Positions 10,304 through 22,567 of a DNA stretch of 64,000 nt are shown piece by piece. The stretch comes from Licmophora abbreviata (taxonomy: Eukaryota): assembly GCA_900291995.1 (NCBI GenBank), contig OLMU01003345.1:1-64000 (forward strand). Direction: 5' to 3'. The notes beneath the pieces were generated by a model. It worked only from the letters and a program-made list of their open reading frames with translations. It did not search any database and was not told the origin of the DNA. The translations under genes were made by a program, and so were the position numbers. Each line of letters starts with the position of its first letter. The first letter of the stretch is position 1.

Positions 10304-13300
10304 ATGTCATCACTATCAGCGCAGCTTTCAGCTCTGAACTCCGCTGCCACTGGAGGAAAGAACGTCGGATCGTCGTTGTCCATTTCCAGGAGTCACGAGG
10401 ATACGATCGGTCGAGGGATCGGCCATTCTGCGAAACACGGCCACTCATTGAATGCAGCCTCACCGCGTTTCAAACCTTCTGTATTGTATGCCGACGCGAA
10501 GGAAGCCTCGGACGTCCCATTGACTACGTTGAGGGAAAATTGTGTCTCCTCTCTTCGTCAGATTGCCAAGGTAACGGAAAATGACGCCTTTGTAGAACCG
10601 CAGTACATCCAAACCCTTGCTGGTGTCCATTCGTTGAACTTTGAGCGAGGTCTCGCCACTCGACAAGAGAATGAGAGAGTAGACGGCATCATTGGGACAC
10701 TTTTGTTTCTTCTATCTACGGTTCTCGGAGAAACGGCATCGTCCTCCTGTTTTTCTTCTGCTCTCCATGTCCTGGAGTATCTACTGCGACGGTACGACAT
10801 TCATGCTCGGCCCACTACCGCGGAACGACTGCTCATCGCCATCCTTCCACATCATGAACAGCCTCTGCTTTCACGTGTTCTGCAGCTGGTGGACTTGGCT
10901 TCTTTGCCGACATGGGCCTTTCTTCGACCACATGCGGCCAAAGGGGCACCGACTGTTAGTCGCATGGTCTTGTCCAAGAGAGCGTCGAAAGATACTGTTC
11001 TATTGAAACACTGCTGTGGGCTTGCACAGACAGCTAGCAGAATTCACGCGGTGGAGTGCGGCGCAACTCTCATGGAGTCACCGCGTCGAGGAGTTTCTCG
11101 AGTCGTCTCGTTCGCCGCTGCTATCGTAGTGGAAGCCCTCTCGGTGCAGTCGCACAGCACCGGATCAATTATGGAGCCATCACTACGCTGTCTGCTGCCT
11201 TTTATCTTATCTGCCTGTGGTGATAAGAATGAGGGTTCATCGTTGGCCTGTCACTGTCCTGATTGGCGAGGATTCGGATACGTTGTGACTTCCTGTGTAG
11301 TGGAACGTTGTGTACTAGCCGGCAACATAAGGGAGTCGATTGCCACGGCTCTAGTAAAGGGAGCTCTTGAAACGTTTCAGGTCCTGGAAAATGCAGATCA
11401 GCGAGAAGACAAAAGTGAAGAGACACAGTCCGTCGGTCTTGTCGAGAGTGTGGCAGATGCCTTGGTAGTTCTCATGTCAGTGTTGCAACAGGGTGGCGAC
11501 GAAAGCGCCTCGACGCTTGTCGCTGTTCCCAGGCATTCTCGAAAAGGAATGCGTGCCGACGACCGTATCGGCTTGTCACTTCCTGCTGAAACCTACCGAA
11601 ATCTGTTAAAACTTCCATGTGTCGCGCCTTGTCTTGGACATCTCTTCGAGGATCGAGATTTGGACATTTCCCCGCTCGCCGCCTCTCTTTTCGCGCATGC
11701 TCTATCACGGCTCTCGAAAGAGGACGATGCTCGGTCGCTACGGCTGATGCTGGATCTGGTGAGTTTAGTCACTTAGCAATGGGAGGAGTTGTCATAGGAT
11801 TTCACACTAACGCCAGTGTTTTCCTAATTTAGATTCAAGAGCCCAGTCTTATCTCACTTTGGCAGGACGACACTCTTTATCTGACGGCTGCAGCCTCCAA
11901 TGCAATTGTGGTCCTTTGTGCGAAGGAAACGGAGGGGGGAAACACGATGGAAGACAGAAGGACAGTCCTCGAGGCTCTGCGCTCTGTTCACTCGACTGGA
12001 TGTGACGCGGGTACTGCTCACGCCGTGACTCACATATTTGGAAGGAAAAGAAGCAGCTCAACCAAAGAGAGAGTCATGTCCCTTCTCGGAATATCTGAAA
12101 ACCTGCAAGACTCGTCTTCGCAGGCGAAAAGCACAGAGTCTGTCCCAGTCGATGGGAGTTCAGCACGGCTATTGCCCCCGATGGTAGCTCTGGAACACGC
12201 CGAGCCGTCTATTCGACTTGACGCCATACGACGACTCACAACGAATCCGGGTCCTGTTGAACGAAGTGAGCTAGTCACTGCATTCCTTCGACACTTGGCC
12301 ACAGAAGAAGACCGTGGTGTCGCTCTAGCAGGAGGATCGGCTCTGTTAGACCTGTTGAAAACTGCGTCGACCCCGATGGTTGATGAACTGATAAGTATGA
12401 CCTTGGCATCTCTCAAGAAGTGGGGTCTCCTCGGAGACTTGGCTGACCAGGATGGGCGGGGCTTCTCTGAGGACCGGTTAAGAATTCTTGAACTTTGTCT
12501 CGATGTTGCGGGCCACGTAGGCCGCATCATGACGGAGACGAAAGGCCACCTGTACCTACTCCAAGACGCCAACAGTCTGATCCATTCGATTGTTGCGCAT
12601 CTGGAGTTGCCAAAAGACCTAGTTGATCAGCAATCATCCAATGCGATATCTAGATCGGTCTGCACTGCTCTTTGTCGGTGTCTCGGCACACATTCAGAGC
12701 AGGGGAAAAAAGGCTCGTTGGTAGCACCATGGAAATTACTTGTGTCGAATGAAGATCTTCGACGAGCGCACCGGGAGGAGATCAGGCCTGATTCGACAAC
12801 ACTCGATGGGATGTGCCCTAGCAAATTTTCGAGAACCGTGTATCGACTAAAGTATTTACGAGTATATCTGCGAGCGCTGACTGCCGCACTCGAAAAGTCT
12901 AAAAGCACAATGAAACACAGCGATCTGGAAGACCTAGTTCTCGACGCATTCGAGACTTCTCTTGCTTGTGTTTCTTGTTATCATGACGGGAATGTCTCTA
13001 CCACGGACAGCGAAGAATTTTCCCTCTGCCACATACTTTGTGCGAAGCGATTGCCGGGTATGTCATGTGGACGAGTTCCAGGGTTTTTTGTCTCTCTTGC
13101 GTCGATCCAAAAGCAAGCTTATTTTCTACGCTTGGGAGCGCCGGCTATCTCAGTTTACTGCGACGAGCTACCACTCGGCGGTGTATCGGTATTGTTGGAA
13201 GCAGCGTCGCGCGATGGGCTCTCTGGAACAGTAGTCATCCGGCTACTGCAGATGGCTTCGGATAGGCTTCTGCCCTCGGCGATGACGAATAATGAAGCAA

Positions 13301-16300
13301 TTTTTAAATCCGTCGTTGTCTCAATTGCTTTTCTGGGGCATACAGACAAAGGGGTACGAATTTCTGCTGTTTCCTTGATGAAACGGTTTAAGGATACGAT
13401 GGACCTAGATGAAAGCGATGGCAACGCAGCGGCAAAGGAACTTTGCTGTGCTGTTCACTCCGGCGACGGAGTATCTTCGATTCGAATGGGCGGCAACTTC
13501 GTTCTGCCTTCTGTCCTGTCAACCTGCGCTCGCAAGTCAAACGATCCTGAAGAGCTTCGCCGATTTGTTCTCAATCACTGCTGCACACTAGCAGCTGATA
13601 TGGAAGAGGGTGGGTGTCGCTCGGTTGCGATGCTTCTGCATGCTCTTGAAACGGCAGGTGAGGCTGCCTGGCCGCTTACCCAGCGATGGGAGTTAGCTGG
13701 AAAACCGATTCTCGATATGTTTATGGGCGTGGAAATAGTGAACATAAACAGTGAAATGCTTGGTGCTTTTGCCGATCTGCTGGAAACCGTTGCTCGCATG
13801 CTAAAGGGAGTGAAAGTGGACGAAGCGTCCTCTCGTCCAGACGACCTTTCCGCGGTGGTCATATCAACAGGTCCAAACACTATGGGAACTCGCGCTAGAT
13901 CTTACTCAGTGGGAGGGATGCAGGGCGTTTCTTTCATCAACCCTTATCCAGAAGAGATGTGTGATACGATCACTGGATGCATGGCCTATGCTGATTTTGA
14001 GCACGGAAGGAAACCGCTTACTTTACAGTTGTGCCGTTGCATCATCCGAGATGTCATTTGCAGTCGCTCGTGGGCGGACTGCGTATTCACGCATATGAAA
14101 ACGACGGTGAGGCGAATGCTTGCCTCGCAACTTCTTTCTCTGAGAGAGTGGGTCGGGAATGCGGGAGATGCGCTACTCGGACTCCCGTTGAACGCGTCCG
14201 ATATCGCATTCTTGCTTAGCAAACAACCCCCCACGGAGCAATCTCTCGCCTCCATTACGTTTCTCACTGACTACAGCCGTACTCACTCAGAGCGACTCAC
14301 GGTTGATCCAGGGTTGAGCGAGTTATTCAAGGGCCTATTCGCTATTCTGACGACACTGTCTGCTCTGGACAGGCGATCCTCTTCGACCGGCTTGGAGGAG
14401 TTCGTGTGGCGTAGTGCCCTACAAGCGCTCGCCGAGTTGGCGAAAAAGACACCTTCAGCAACAGGAAAGACGAACAAGAGCGTCTTGCTTCCTAAGAAAG
14501 AGCTGGCTTCCTGCGCCGAGTTTCTCGTACGCTTGCTCGCGAACACAGACAGCAAAGCGGGAAACATTCGTTCCTTTACTTCTTCGAAATCGACATCTGC
14601 CGCCCTGGCTCTCCTCACTGCGCTCTGTACCCTGCAGCCTGAGGCTGTAGTAGCATCGTTAGTCCCTGCGGTGCTTGGCACTGCTGTTGGGTCGCATACT
14701 GGAATGCCGCTTAATTCGGCTCGGGGGGCTCTTGTTACCGTTCTTCCAGTGTACGAACGATATGCGCATATGGCAAACCTTTCAATGTTCGACTTGTTTG
14801 GTCCCCTTATCGATAAAATCACTGGAATTTCTAGCAAAGAGACGCAAAGGGAGCTCTGTGGATACACTGTTGAGGCTTTAAGTGGAATTGCTATGTCTCC
14901 TGGAAGGAACACCGACATGGTCGGTTGCTTTATGTGTGCATACCTGGTCAAGGTTGCGGGCGACAAAAGCATGAGGGATTTGACAGCTGGCGAAGCCAGA
15001 TTAGATGGAGCAGGTTTCGCCACCACGATTCTTCGACACGCTACAGTATTGACCCAGGTAACTTCTATTTTGCAGGTTGTTGCCTGCGCGCATGTTATGA
15101 TCCTCAAGCTTGCCGACGAGCAACGCATCGGCGTAGCAAGATCGACCTCAATGGAATTCTACATGGAAGATATGGAGCGACTCATGCCAAGAAGTGAAAG
15201 GAATCGAAGTGATGCCATGATGACGAGCACGCTGAATATACTACAGCTCATTGATATGTGCCTCTCAGATGGTCCGATCAGGTATTTCATCCGGCGCGGG
15301 AATGAGGCGGAATTATGTCTCCGTTTGTGGCAGGATTTGCTGGTCTTGCAGTCTACTCTGTTGCAAGGTGAGGCGGCCGGTGCTGGAGGGCATGGCTTTT
15401 GGGACCGAAGCCGCAATCTGGCGAGCAAGAGCTTGGCGCAGGCACAGGGTCTCCTTCCAACTCATCTCTTCGTTGCTTCGACTGCCTCGCTGTTGAGGGA
15501 TAGTGAGGACGTCGACCTGCAGTCTCGTGCCCTTCGGTTAATTGCGGACAAGGTGTCTGAGACCGACCCGAAGTCACCAGAAGCCTCGATCGTTTTTGAT
15601 TTGGTCCCTCTCCTTCTTGAGGTGATGGAATCGTCTCCAAGGGATGGGAATGGAGTCGACTTAGTGTTAATGCTTAAGCAGTCAGCGCTACTTGCCATCG
15701 AAACGCTCGCACGACGACTATGCTTGCACGAAGGGCAGATCAACGAGATCAGTCGTTCGCCCAAAGGATTCTTTGCCCTACTGGAAGCTGTTACCGACTT
15801 GATGAGGGAACACTCAAGGTTGATTATTGACAGCTCTGCAGGGCCACTCGACATGTCACGTCAGGCCATCAGCAGTGCAGCTCTCTGCTCTTCAACGCTT
15901 GTTCGTCTACTGAAAGTGCAGACATTGCCAGCGTTGCCCAAGCTCATCAACTCTCTTTTGGACACTCTTGTCTGCGTGAACAAAGAAGTCGGCGAATGCG
16001 GCACTGACGATAGTGCCAGTATATCCCAACCTGAACTCCTACAGCTGTCACTTCTTCGAGCACTAATGGCCCTGGTCGAGTCCGTGCCTCAGTTCCTCTC
16101 GCCATACCTCGACCAGATTCTCGGTGCGTCGTTGCTTTCTTCGAAAGTCCTACGAAAGGGAGGAAATGATAGTGCTAATGCGGTGACATTGATGGCCCAC
16201 CGTATTCGCGGTATCATTTCTGCCAGAATTCCAGCGCGCCAGCTCATCCCCGCGGCATGCAGAGCATCAAAGACATGTAGCTGTGCGGCTAGCGACGAGA

Positions 16301-17436
16301 AAATTCTGTTGCTCTCGGTTGTCAACGCATCGTTCTCGTTGTCAACGCAGACTGAGCTGTCAACAGTGAAGAGTTGGGCTCTCGACATGATCAGTGACGC
16401 CTACGACTCCGGCGAAAGTGACGAGAAACGACTCAAGCTGCTTGATATGGGGAATCAGGTCTTACTTGCCATGGTTCTAAAGATGTCTGAATCGCAGTTA
16501 CGGCCTCTATATGTATCGCTTCGAGAATGGAGCCGAGACGAGAGCAAGGCTGAGGCTCAGCTAGCTACAAGAAAACGAGCTTTTTGGAGTTTGTCATGTG
16601 TCCTCAGCAAAGAGCTTCGGATGATTTTCCTTCCGCATTTCGGCGAAATGGCGAAGGATACAGTGGACGACTTGGTATGTCTGTGCGTTCTATTTTTTTA
16701 CTGGGCAGCTGTATGTCCTGTCCTTCTCACAGACATCAATCTACCCCATCTTTCTCCTCCACAGAATGACGCAGTCTCAAAAATATGCGCGCCATCGAGC
16801 TCTTTCCGATTGTCTCAAGGAAAGAAGCGTAGACGTTTGGGGACGGACGTATCGGAGGCCTCGACCATGGAGAATCTCGGACATTTAACGTACTTGCCTT
16901 TTCTTCTCGAATGTCTCGAGCACGTCTTCAAGGCTGACGCTCACGACGGCGGATCATGGATCAGGGCGGACGATGGACAGCGCTTCACTGCGCTGCTCGA
17001 ACCTCTTACCAAGCTTTTGCATTGCCGTGTCCCGACCGATATGCCGCGACTCTCGACAGCGTCCATAAATATGTCGAGCACGCCGTATGAGTGGTTAGTC
17101 CATGGTGAAGAACGTCAAGGTGGAAGCGTCATAGCGTGTCTCACAGCCCTTGCAACAGCTGCTGGAAACGAGCAACTTTGGAAGCCTCTGAATTATGGCG
17201 TGCTGGAGGCTTGCGGAAATGAGAACAGATCTGAAGTTAGAAAGGCGGGGGTAACCTGCCTTTTGTCGCTTATCCAGACTCTCGGTGAGGAATACATGGT
17301 ACTGCTCCCAGAATGCTTACCCATCCTCTCAGAACTGCTTGAGGATGGCGACGAGACGATTGCCGGCCTATCCCAAGAATGTGTTAGTCTTGGAGAAGAG
17401 CTGTTGGGTGAGAGCCTGCAGGAGAGTCTTCGATGA
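10304..17436 (+). CDS. UTP10: U3 snoRNP-associated protein 10 (HEAT repeat protein 1, BP28CT)
   Basis: N-terminus MSSLSAQL...LEYLLRRYDIH; C-terminus LKMSESQLRPL, LWKPLN, GEEYMVLLPECLPILSELLED. Exons 10304-11758, 11833-16674 and 16765-17436; the second intron (90 nt) is in-frame and has no stop. Confidence 0.93.
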
Positions 17437-18052
17437 GGTGCTCTTCAAATCAGGATGTGGTGAATTGGTGGTCTCGGAAGATTCACCCAATGCCCTGCGG
17501 TTGTGTCTGCGCCACCCCTCAAAATTTTCGAGCAGGGTAAAGATTAGATTCAGCAGAGTTCAGGAATATACGGATTACCTCTCAACTTTCCATTGTAGGT
17601 AAAATCGTAAAATCCCTTGATGAGCTTTACAAGAACCCAACCGAAGTTCGCAAGAGTGTGAGAAAAAATTCAGCAGATTTTCCTTTTTAAGTCCACGGGA
17701 CAAAAATGTCCTTTCATCTGAAACAAATCGATGCTCGTACTAATTTTATTTACTAAAATACATTTCTGTTTACTAATTCAAAACTTCGTGACTGAATACA
17801 TTGGCAATTTAACTCAACGGTCGGCACGAATGAAAATTTCATCATCGGCTCTCGCCGGGAAAACTGATCCCAAGGCATCAAAAGCCACAAAATTGGCAAG
17901 GCGCACCTCATGGTCATGATTGTTTGAGACCTGCCATCTGTATCTTGCTTCAATTCCTTCCTCGTTTGTAGCTATACCGCCAGAGGGAAAAACAGCAGAG
18001 AAGCCCGCATATTGCATCTATCAGCGAAACAAACTCACAAGCTCAGAAGGAA

Positions 18053-19589
18053 ATGCTTCAGGTGAAGAAAATGCTTGCCGCAAAGGAGACAAGTAAGTAG
18101 ATGTGATGACTCTCAACGGGCCAGTCTTATTATGGATGAGAAAATCACTATCTGACCACCTTCTTTCCTTCTGCTCAATTCAGTGCTTCCATCATCTCCC
18201 AAGATGCGAGATGATGACGAGGAAATGGCGACCTCCAGAGACGAGTCGCTGACAACCAAACGCAAAGCTAGCTATTCTCGTGAGCCGGAAGATCCAAGTC
18301 ATCGATCTCCTGGGAATGATACTCGAGAGACAGTCTCCAGAGAGTGCTTGAAAGGACAAAAGTCTCCATATCTCGTGGCAATGGAAACTGACTCCCCACC
18401 GGCTTTTCCTAAGCATGTGATTGTGCCTTCTCCGGAATCTCTCAGTAGGCCTCTCAAAATCCCCAAGAAGTTGACCGGCTCCAGACCTGGCCTGACCAAA
18501 GGCAAAGTGCGAGAATGGAACCGGGATAACATTGTCACCCCTATCCTTTCGAGCGATCCATCTGGCCCACCGCAAAGAGGCAGCATGTATGGACGTCTCG
18601 GCTACCGACCAGGAGCACCTGTTTTCCCCGAGATGTTCGGACGATCGTACGCCCCGCCACCCGAAATGGAGGCAGGACCTTCTTACAACACGATGAAGAA
18701 TGTTCAGCTCCGCCCCAAGCGCTGGGCATGCGACTTCTGCTGCGTGGCAACATTCCTTACCTTCGAAGCAGCATGTGCTCACGAGGAAACCTGTAAGCGT
18801 CGCCAAGCGAACTTTCCTGGCTCGTCTCCCAAACCACAATTCTCTGTCAAGTCTCCATACGAAGGAGTCATGACGCCGTACGGGATGGGACGTCCAGTGC
18901 CGCACATGTCCCCGGTCCTGAACAACAAGCAGCTTGGAGGCCTTGGAGCCCTCTACCAAGCTGTGCAGGAGGTTCAACAAGGCTCGCACCCGGAAGGTAC
19001 GCTACCACGTACCGGCGGGGCCCCTTCCATTCCATCCGATCCTCATGCGTACCCAACGATGTCACCCCGCTTCCGCATCTCGACAGGCTATGAACAGGAG
19101 CGCATAGCAAGACTCCCGACACGCCGCTACCCTTCGCACCATCAGCGAAGGATGCTTCTGGCCTTGCCATCCGATCCTGACAGTCTCTCTGATCGCCAGT
19201 GCTACGTGAGAACAGAGTTCGTGGAAGTCTTTGAAGCTTCCGACAAGGAAGTTACCGCCCGCCACAGTAAGGGAGCCCAAAAGCTCGTGATGGGTCAAGT
19301 CGGCATTCGCTGTCTTCACTGTGCGCACTTGATGCCGAAAGATCGCGCTGAGCGCGCCGTGTGCTACCCGTCAAGCATCAGTCGAATCTACCAGACGGTG
19401 GCGGATATGCAGCGCTTCCACTTTGAGCAGTGCCGCGAGATCCCCGACGAGACGCGCAGAATCTACAAGTCTCTCAAGACGACGCGTCCTCGAGGGGTTG
19501 GAAGCCCGCAGACATACTGGATTCAGAGTGCCAAAGTCATGAATCTTATTGACTCAGATAATGGCATCCGCTTCTCTACTGATGCATGA
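18053..19589 (+). CDS. Diatom-type protein with a CxxC..H..C finger and a conserved C-terminal Cys/His domain
   Basis: Exon 1 18053-18092, intron 18093-18183, exon 2 18184-19589. Motifs WACDFC...AHEETC and DSLSDRQCYVR...QVGIRCLHCAH...YPSSISRIYQ...HFEQC. Confidence 0.8.
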
Positions 19590-19853
19590 AGTAGGACGGC
19601 AGGGGTGTATTTTGATTTGGGGGAGTTGGGTGTAAGTGTGTGAGGAGGCAAAAGGACAAGAAAGTCCATCGGGAAACGAGGGGAGACTGTATGTTATTTG
19701 TTGTTTGATGAGGAAACAGGGCACGATTAAGCCAGGAGTCTCGAAAGTGAAGTTATGATACGTATGTACTAAATGAAGTAAATAAAAAGAGAAAGGACAT
19801 GTCCATACTACAGAATCTACTCCGATAGGAGGAATCAAAAGTAGTAGAAGTGC

Positions 19854-19934
19854 AGAATGCCAGTTTAGTCTGTCAGCAACAGCCGAGGTCTCCCTCGAGT
19901 CATTGCATCATTCGCTGTACCACACCTGCGCTCT
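19854..19934 (-). promoter_or_regulatory. Candidate SECIS element in the SelH 3' UTR
   Basis: Minus strand reads AUGA-U-GCAAUGACUCGAGG-GAGA-CCUCGGCUGUUGC-U-GA-C. This gives a UGAN/NGAN quartet, a ~13-bp helix II and an imperfect lower helix, 37-117 nt downstream of the stop codon. Confidence 0.7.
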
Positions 19935-19970
19935 TCTAGTCAATTACTGGTACTTCACAGCAGCTCCTCC

Positions 19971-20357
19971 TTACAAGAGATCCACCACCCTTTGCGCCGT
20001 CAGGTCCATGTCCAATCCACGAAGTGCGGGAAAAGGACGCTTCATGCCCAACAACTGGACTACCGGCTCATCTTGACCACTGACAGTCACAATGAAATTC
20101 CCGCGTCCCGGTTTCACTGGATTTACCGTCACAGTGGCTCTATCGCCGACGGCATCGACGATTTTCTGAGCACTTCGCTTGAAGACGCCTCACTGCTTGC
20201 ATGCTTCGATCGTCACGGTGCGTGAGGACGACGAGGAAGCGGCTTTTTTGACAGGCTTTTTGGAAGCTTTCTTCGCCGGGGATGCTTTGGCCTTGGCGAG
20301 AGGCTTCGCTTTGGAGGTGGCCTTGGAGGCGCCGGAAGAGCGTGTGCTGCGGGCCAT
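19971..20357 (-). CDS. SELENOH: Selenoprotein H-like (Rdx/SelWTH family) with in-frame UGA = Sec
   Basis: ATG at 20357, Lys-rich N-terminus, then VTIEACKQ-TGA(20192-20190)-GVFKRSA. The frame stays open through NPVKPGRGNFIVTV and MKRPFPALRGLDM to TAA at 19973-19971 (128 aa). CxxU motif plus SelH-type downstream motifs. Confidence 0.9.
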
Positions 20358-20595
20358 CGTCCAAAGTCCAACCGGAACGGCGACGTGCGTGAGTTTTGTG
20401 TGAGATAGACGAGAGTTGAAAGTCAATGGATCCACGTTTGACTCCTTCGACTCGAGATATGTTTGCATCCGGAAGGTTGGACGGACGAGCACGGTGAAGA
20501 TCACGTCATCGATGCGAACCCTTAAAACTAAAAACGTCAAACCTCATCCGAAACCCGAACACACAAAACGTGTAAGAGCAACGCGAGGAAGCAAC

Positions 20596-22260
20596 ATGGG
20601 CATGAAGAAAACGATAGAGGTGGTGCCGGAGGAGGAAAAGAAAGTCGAAAAAGAAGACGAGAATGAGCAAGCGAAACAACACGTGGTGGCGAAGAAGGAA
20701 GAGGAAAAAGAAGTGATTTCAAGAGAGGCACTTTGGACGAATGCGGTGGAAATCAATCTCGACGATGGTGCGCAGGTCCAGATGACAGGTCTGGAGAGCG
20801 CTTCGCATACAGCCTTTGCTCGGGTCGTTGGGCCCAAGACTGCACCCATTGGCAAGGTTGTCGCCTGTGTTGTAGACGAGGGATGGAAACGCGTCGTCAA
20901 GGACATTCTGGAACGCAAGGAACACATCGAAGTGGACAGCCACCCTCCGGCCTCACACTTGCTTTCGCTAGGGGCTATATGGCTAGTCAATGAGACCAAA
21001 TGGACTCATGCCAAGGGAGCTCACGCACACCGTCTATCCCCCAAAGATGAAGAGCTCATTCCTGATTGGAAGGATTTCACGATCAGGGTTCATTTCGTAC
21101 CGGATCGCTTCTTCGTCGCCGGTGAAGTTGATTGGTCCCACCACTGCAAAGGACTGCTCCTTGATAAGACGGTGCAAGTACAGATCGGAGATGAGACTCC
21201 TCATGTTCCAGTTTTTTCCGATGGACTTCCTGATACCAAGGATGGCGTCATTGTTTACGAGGTTTGTACCCGTCAATATACTCGGAGCACGAATATAGAC
21301 TGATCTTCACTCTTGTTCTCACTCATCTTCATCCGTGCTGTATTCACACAGAACAATGAACTTGGCTTTGCAGTTGTGAACAAACCGGGTAGCATGCCTG
21401 TTCATGCCACCCTCAGCAACCACGCCGAAGACGTGATTAGCATGTATCGCAAGGCACTTCACGAGCGCCGCGAGAAGGAACAAGCCCACACACAGCACAA
21501 GAAGTTTTGTGTGGCCGTCCCGCAACGTCATTCCGCGACTCTGGACACGCACACCCATGGATTGCTAGCCATCTCGACAACGCATGAATTCGCTACGTAC
21601 TTCAACCATCTGTTTGACGTGAAGGATGCCGTGTCCAAGAAGTTCAAGTGCTTGGTGTGTGTCAAGGACGCCGAGAGTATGTCGAAGCTGGAAAATTTCC
21701 AGTCCACGCGCAAAGTCATAACACACTATGTCGATCACAGATCACCCGCGCCGAAACGTTTCGTGCGGCACAAACCCACCAAGCTGTCCAAGAAATCTGA
21801 GTGGCACGAGTGTCAGTTACGTATCTTGCAAGTCGGCGATGACAAGTTCCGGGCCGCGTGCGTCAAGTCCAAGTACAAGAAGAGCGCTGACATGACCTTG
21901 TCCACGTTGTTTTGGGGACCGACTCCACCTGGAGACGTCAACTATGTGATGGAACTGCAGCTGGAACTCGTGTCAGCTGCACAGACTCATCAGATTCGTG
22001 GACAGCTGGCCGCACTTGGCTTTCCTGTCGTCGGCGACGTCCAGTACGGTGGCGGCAAGTGTGAGTTGCACTCACACAAGCACAGCTGGAATCGCTTAGC
22101 ATTGCAGTGCTGTGAGTTATCCTTCCCGGAACCCAAGTGGCAGGATCGGAAGGATTTGCAGAAGCTTTTGACATCGGAGAAGAGGTGCGTCTTTAGTCTC
22201 AACGAGGCGTGGTGGACAGACTACCTGCGACGTTACGAGCTGCACCATCAGGCTTACTAG
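20596..22260 (+). CDS. RluA/RluD-family RNA pseudouridine synthase-like protein
   Basis: Exons 20596-21261 and 21352-22260. Motifs VNKPGSMPVH, QR(HSAT)LDTHTHGLL and THQIRGQLAALGFPVVGDVQYG. Confidence 0.85.
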
Positions 22261-22567
22261 TACTGACTGACGAATCAAATGTTCATGATCCTTGTGGGAC
22301 TTGAATCACTTCTCTACCCGGTTACACCGTGCCTGGTACAGTACTCGGATGTACGCTATTCCATAAAAAGCTACGTAGCAACAGTCGATTTGTCCCAATA
22401 CCACACTTTCACTATTATTAACTTGGGACGTTTTTTTCTTTTTTTCTGGTCACAATCATATGGATTAACTCCCCAACAAGTACGCTCCCCGCCGTCTCTC
22501 CGAGATAACATATAACTCGGTCTCTCCTGCAACACATAGATCAGAAGACCATCGCAAACATCGTTGT

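Noticed and set aside
19914..19962. Alternative SECIS using GUGAA-GUACCA...UGGUAC
   Set aside because: The 3' GA is out of register with the stem, so the quartet cannot form. The 19911/19874 hairpin fits better.
20190..20540. 116-aa ORF ending at ..EACKQ as a complete gene
   Set aside because: The TGA is better explained as Sec. The real start is probably 20357 and the true stop 19971.
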